Positions 40,165 to 44,733 of a stretch of DNA of 44,733 bases are shown piece after piece (position 1 is the stretch's first letter; each line of letters opens with the position of its first letter). Under the pieces are notes generated by a model that saw only the letters and a list, made by a program, of their open reading frames with translations, was not told where the DNA came from and made no database searches. The DNA is from Bacilli bacterium (lineage in GTDB: Bacteria; Bacillota_I; Bacilli_A; RF39; UBA660). The translations under genes and the position numbers were made by a program. The stretch is taken from contig JBJKSD010000006.1 in assembly GCA_046704245.1 (NCBI GenBank), positions 1 through 44,733 of the forward strand, given 5' to 3'.

Positions 40165-40650
40165 CTATTTAGATATATTAAAGAGTAGAATAGTATCTTT
40201 TTCTATAATAGCTAATTGTTGGTTACTTTTTATTCCTTTAACAGTATAGATAGATGCTTTATCGTGGTGATATGAATCAAAATTATTAATTAATTCTAAA
40301 TTATCTGGTATTTGATGTAGATAACCAATTTTTTTATCCAATATTTTTTTATTAGTGCTAATACTATCAAGTCTATAAATCTTTTGATTATAGAGGAAGG
40401 TATCATTAGTTTCAATATGGATATATTCATTAGTTAAATTAGGTTCATCTTTTTTATTATCAGGAGAATGGTAATCATATAGAAAGAAAGTTAGAATTAA
40501 ACTAGCCATAGCTAGTGAACTGATAATAAAATAATGATAATTAGTTTTGATTGGTTTGCGATGTTTCATATTAATATATAATTGATCTTTTAACTCTTTA
40601 TTTAATTTTATATGGTCAAAAGCTTTATATATTTTATTCATCATATCCAC
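40165..40650 (-). CDS. Putative anti-sigma factor (single TM)
   Basis: Overlaps the ECF sigma stop; short cytoplasmic N-terminus, TM, extracellular domain. Confidence 0.7.
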   Translation of the reverse strand: MDMMNKIYKAFDHIKLNKELKDQLYINMKHRKPIKTNYHYFIISSLAMASLILTFFLYDYHSPDNKKDEPNLTNEYIHIETNDTFLYNQKIYRLDSISTNKKILDKKIGYLHQIPDNLELINNFDSYHHDKASIYTVKGIKSNQQLAIIEKDTILLFNISK

Positions 40651-41113
40651 CCCCTATCAATTCTTTGATATTCGCTCTAGCTCTTTTGAGCCATGTTCTA
40701 ATAGTAGCATCTTTCGTTTTTAATATTTTAGCTATCTCTTTAGTGTTATATCCCTCATAGTAATAAAGATATAAGACATAACGATAATTTAAGGGTAAGG
40801 TAAAAATAAGTTGCAGTAGATCGTATTCTTCTTGATGATTAGTATCAGCGATAATATTTTCATCAAAGGCTATCTCTTTTATATAATGCCGATGTTTTAG
40901 GATATTCTTACAATGATTACAAGTTACAGTAATAATCCATGCTTTTTTATGATTTTCATTATTAAAGAACGGCGCCTTTTCCATTATTTTAATGAAAACA
41001 TCTTGTAAAGCATCTTCAGCATCATACTGATTCTTTAAATATACTAAACATAAACGATAGACCATATCACTATATTGATCAATAGTTAGTCGCAATACAT
41101 CAGTATGCATCAT
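40634..41113 (-). CDS. ECF-family RNA polymerase sigma factor
   Basis: DAEDALQDVFIK...AWIITVTCNHCKN; LPLNYRYVLYLYYYEGY...EIAKIL...LKRAR. Confidence 0.92.
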   Translation of the reverse strand: MMHTDVLRLTIDQYSDMVYRLCLVYLKNQYDAEDALQDVFIKIMEKAPFFNNENHKKAWIITVTCNHCKNILKHRHYIKEIAFDENIIADTNHQEEYDLLQLIFTLPLNYRYVLYLYYYEGYNTKEIAKILKTKDATIRTWLKRARANIKELIGGGYDE

Positions 41114-41135
41114 ATTTTATCCTCCCTCAATAATA

Positions 41136-41163
41136 AAACAATCTTATAGATGAAAATGTTTCA
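41136..41163 (-). promoter_or_regulatory. ECF-type autoregulatory promoter
   Basis: TGAAAC-N17-TGTTT upstream of the sigma SD. Confidence 0.5.
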
Positions 41164-41234
41164 AAGAAATTATATCATATTAATGGAAAATTATTCTTTA
41201 TTCTATTTTCTATAAATGATATAATTATAATGAG

Positions 41235-43415
41235 GTGTGTTATAGTATGACCAAAAATAAAAAGAGAAAAGATGATAAAGAAAAAAAGATTACCTATAGT
41301 ACTGAATTAAATGGTCTACTTTTAATTTTAATGGCTGTCATTGGTATAGGTCGTTTTGGTATTATGGGTGATTTATTTAATTCTTTTGCCATGTTTCTAG
41401 TTGGAACATGGAGTAGATTATTATTAATGGTTGTTCTATTTATTGGTATATATGCCGTATTAAAAAGAGAATGGCCGAAATTTTTTAGTAGTAGATTAAT
41501 AGGCCTATATCTATTTTTAATCTCTATATTGATGTTTTCGCATATTGAATATATTAAATTAAACGATATAAAAGCTATCGATATACTAACTGAAACAATT
41601 GATAACTTTATGTTAGCTACTAAGAATCCAGATATTATTCAGGGTGGGGGAATAATAGGTACTATCTTTTCACTATCTTTTGTTAAATTATTTGATATAG
41701 ATGGAACAATGATTGTCGGTACGTTTATTCTTTTCTTTGGTCTTATTATGTTAGCTGATATTTCACCAATGGAAAAATTAAAATGGTTATTTGATAAGAT
41801 AAAACAAATATTAAGAATAGGTACTAAATTATCAAAGGATGTTACTGATGCCGATGATAAGTATGAAAAAGACGGTAAGATAATTATTTCAAGTATGGAA
41901 GAATTAACAGAGATAACTGAAGATAAAGAAGAAAAAGAAGGAGAAGTTCCTAAACCGGTAGAATTAAACAATGGTAGAGAATATCAATTACCACCAATAA
42001 ATTTACTTAAACAGCCTTCTAAAGGTGATCATGCTGTCGATCAAGAAGTTATCAGCCGAAATATTGAAGCTTTAGAGAAAGTATTAGAAGATTTTAGAAT
42101 TAGTGGTAAAGTAGTAGGAGTTAATATTGGACCTTCAGTTACTCAATATGAAATGGAATTAAAAGCTGGTACTAAAGTTAGTCGCTTGTTAAGTATTAAT
42201 CGAGAAATATCTTTAGCTTTAGCAGCGAAAGATGTTAGAATACAAGCACCAATACCTGGTAAGAATACCGTAGGTATTGAAATACCTAATCCTAAAACGA
42301 TTATTGTAACTATTAGAGAAGTCTTAGAAAGTGTTCCTAATAGTTTAAAGAATAGTAAATTATTAGTAGTATTAGGTAAGAATATTATGGGTCGACCAAT
42401 ATTTGCTGAAATTAATAATACTCCACACTTATTAGTAGCTGGAGCTACTGGATCTGGTAAATCAGTATGTATTAACTGTATTATTGCATCAATCTTGATG
42501 AGAGCTAAACCAGATGAGGTTAAATTGTTATTGATTGATCCTAAGAAAGTTGAATTAAATTCTTATAATGGTATTCCCCATTTACTAACACCAGTTGTTT
42601 CTGAACCAAAGAAAGCAGCTGTAGCATTAGGTAAAATAGTAAGTGAAATGGAACATCGTTATGAATTATTTAACGAGGTGGGAGTTAAGAATATAGTGGG
42701 ATATAATTCTTATATTGCTACTAAGAATAAATATATTACTGACGGTGAAAAAATAAAGAAATTACCATATATTGTTGTAATAGTAGATGAATTAGCAGAC
42801 CTTATGATAGTTGCTGCTAAAGAAGTAGAAGAATATATTACTCGTATTACGCAATTAGCTAGAGCCGCTGGTATTCACTTAATTGTAGCAACCCAAAGAC
42901 CATCTACTGATGTTATTACTGGTTTAATTAAATCTAACATTCCTTCACGTCTTTCATTTGCTGTAAGTAGTAATGTTGATTCTAGAACAATATTAGATAT
43001 GGGTGGAGCTGAAAAACTATTAGGTAAAGGTGATATGTTATTCTTACCAATGGGTGAAAGTGTACCTCTTAGAGTTCAAGGAGCCTTTATTTCAGAAGAT
43101 GAAATAAATAAGATTATTGCTTATGTTTCTAGTCAACAACAAGCTGAATATGATGATAAATTAACCCAAGTAGAAGAAAAAGAAACATCTAATGATAATG
43201 AAGTAGAAGAATATGATGATCCTTTATATAATGATATAGTAGAATTTATTATTAGAAATCAAAAGGTTAGTGCTTCTTTATTACAAAGAAAATATCGATT
43301 AGGATACAACAGAGCTGCTCGTATTGTCGATTTACTAGAAGAAAGAGGTATTATTGGGCCCCCTAATGGTTCTAAACCTAGAGAAGTATTAGTATCTTTA
43401 GAAGATGATAAATAA
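41235..43415 (+). CDS. spoIIIE: DNA translocase FtsK/SpoIIIE
   Basis: N-terminal TMs, GATGSGKS, VDELADLM, ATQRPS, gamma domain SASLLQRKYRLGYNRAAR. Confidence 0.95.
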   Translation: MCYSMTKNKKRKDDKEKKITYSTELNGLLLILMAVIGIGRFGIMGDLFNSFAMFLVGTWSRLLLMVVLFIGIYAVLKREWPKFFSSRLIGLYLFLISILMFSHIEYIKLNDIKAIDILTETIDNFMLATKNPDIIQGGGIIGTIFSLSFVKLFDIDGTMIVGTFILFFGLIMLADISPMEKLKWLFDKIKQILRIGTKLSKDVTDADDKYEKDGKIIISSMEELTEITEDKEEKEGEVPKPVELNNGREYQLPPINLLKQPSKGDHAVDQEVISRNIEALEKVLEDFRISGKVVGVNIGPSVTQYEMELKAGTKVSRLLSINREISLALAAKDVRIQAPIPGKNTVGIEIPNPKTIIVTIREVLESVPNSLKNSKLLVVLGKNIMGRPIFAEINNTPHLLVAGATGSGKSVCINCIIASILMRAKPDEVKLLLIDPKKVELNSYNGIPHLLTPVVSEPKKAAVALGKIVSEMEHRYELFNEVGVKNIVGYNSYIATKNKYITDGEKIKKLPYIVVIVDELADLMIVAAKEVEEYITRITQLARAAGIHLIVATQRPSTDVITGLIKSNIPSRLSFAVSSNVDSRTILDMGGAEKLLGKGDMLFLPMGESVPLRVQGAFISEDEINKIIAYVSSQQQAEYDDKLTQVEEKETSNDNEVEEYDDPLYNDIVEFIIRNQKVSASLLQRKYRLGYNRAARIVDLLEERGIIGPPNGSKPREVLVSLEDDK

Positions 43416-43441
43416 AAAGAACACTAATTAGTGTTCTTTTT
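43414..43441. terminator. Bidirectional terminator (28-bp perfect palindrome)
   Basis: AAAAAGAACACTAA|TTAGTGTTCTTTTT. Confidence 0.8.
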
Positions 43442-44557
43442 TCTTTTACCTAATACTTTAACGTTAGCTTCTTCAATATGAGTTCGATAAGTAGTTAATT
43501 TAGGTAATGAATCTGGTTCTATATCTATCCCTTGTAATAATTCATATAAATTATTACCATCATACTTCATTAATTGTTTTAAATTATAGATACCTTTATC
43601 TTTATCTTCGTTATATTGAGCATATAATTCTAATGCTATAAGATAAGATACCACATATTTAATGTTTTGGTGCATATTAGTATGAGTTGCAGCATTAATA
43701 GTTTGGTATGTAAAAGGTAGAGGAGGTAGACTGGTAGCTTCAGGATTAGTTTCTAGTACTTTATTAGCATATGCGACTACATAATATGATTTTGAATAGG
43801 TATTTATATATTGAGATGTAAGACGATGACTTTTATAAATATCTCTAGAATCGAATCCTAATTGTAATAAATAATCACCAAGTACTAATTCAGAAAATAA
43901 TGGTGCTACTTCAGATGTCAAAGCCCTAATAATATTAGTAAGTAATAAAATATTATTATATTTAAATTCAATACCATGCATAACTTCATGACTAAAACTA
44001 CAAATATCACGTATAGTACCATGTTTTATTAAACGTATATAAGGTTTATTAAAAACAATAATAGGATAACATTCACCTCTTTCGTGCCTATTTGATCTTT
44101 CTAATTGTTGTATATGAATGAGATTATACCTATTATGATAAAAAGTATCGTCAAATATGGTGGCGAATTCTTGGTCAAACATTTTAAAAAAATCATGAGT
44201 AATATTAAATACTTCATGATTTTTTAAATTATATATTTTTAGTTTGTTACGAGTAGTATTACCACTATGTAATATTCCCGAAGCAATCTGATAAAAAAAG
44301 TCTAAATGCTTTGAATAGAAAACGCTAATTCCAAGCATGGCATCTTTTAAGGTATTGACAATATTGACCCTTTCTGAAATAGCATTAAGTCCTTGCATAT
44401 CCTCATTTAATGTATGAGGAGGTGAGGAGGACTCCAATAATATTTTTAACATCTTTTTTAAACTTGTGAGTGATAGTTCTATACAGTCAGCAAGTTTTGA
44501 TAAATTATAATATTCTTCTTCTACTTCTTCAATACTCCACTGAAATTGGCTATTCAT
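43424..44557 (-). CDS. Hypothetical gluzincin-like protein (remote M3/PepF-like)
   Basis: SHEVMHG (HExxH), downstream SEVAPLFSE, YVVSYLIA. Confidence 0.6.
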   Translation of the reverse strand: MNSQFQWSIEEVEEEYYNLSKLADCIELSLTSLKKMLKILLESSSPPHTLNEDMQGLNAISERVNIVNTLKDAMLGISVFYSKHLDFFYQIASGILHSGNTTRNKLKIYNLKNHEVFNITHDFFKMFDQEFATIFDDTFYHNRYNLIHIQQLERSNRHERGECYPIIVFNKPYIRLIKHGTIRDICSFSHEVMHGIEFKYNNILLLTNIIRALTSEVAPLFSELVLGDYLLQLGFDSRDIYKSHRLTSQYINTYSKSYYVVAYANKVLETNPEATSLPPLPFTYQTINAATHTNMHQNIKYVVSYLIALELYAQYNEDKDKGIYNLKQLMKYDGNNLYELLQGIDIEPDSLPKLTTYRTHIEEANVKVLGKRKKNTN

Positions 44558-44679
44558 ATAAATTAAATTATCCTTTCTTATAATGGGTTATTGTAAATTA
44601 TTCCCAATAAAATGTCAAGATTCTTTTAATAAAGGATGGATAATGATATACTAAATATATAGTAGAGTGGAGGAATAGT

Positions 44680-44733
44680 ATGCCAACACCGCACATCGAA
44701 GCAAATAAAGAAGATATAGCTGAAGTAATATTA
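44680..44733 (+). CDS. deoD: Purine nucleoside phosphorylase, 5' fragment
   Basis: GGAGG SD; MPTPHIEANKEDIAEVIL is the typical DeoD N-terminus. Confidence 0.8.
   Translation, partial: MPTPHIEANKEDIAEVIL

Overview
AT-rich, gene-dense chromosomal segment of a low-GC Firmicute (Bacilli). It has Bacillus-like synteny (yunB/yutD/yutG/yutH/yutI; rimP-nusA-ylxR-infB-rbfA-truB-rpsO-pnp-ylxY-rnjB-spoIIIE) but looks streamlined: RimP is half-length, and ylxQ, ylxP and ribF are missing from the nusA-rpsO stretch. By inference it resembles RF39-like uncultured Bacilli. It carries 13 tRNA genes in three clusters and many sporulation or spore-coat genes, some with clear SigE/SigK-type promoters, including an unannotated 45-aa Tyr/Pro-rich coat peptide. 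An orphan histidine kinase is flanked by Spo0A-box matches. The most unusual part is an accessory block after tRNA-fMet (9212-17140). It holds a transglutaminase-like protein, a DUF4932-like HExxH protein and an orphan ORF. It continues with a DHH phosphoesterase that has a tandem-duplicated C-terminal domain, divergent from a phage-type calcineurin-like phosphoesterase behind an attenuator-like leader. It ends with a lone purN divergent from a lone 5-hmdU-hypermodification-associated HhH enzyme. Two genes (DUF4015 hydrolase and RNase J2) are split by a single in-frame TAA. No integrase, transposase, CRISPR array or rRNA was seen. All family calls come from motif recognition by eye, not from database searches.
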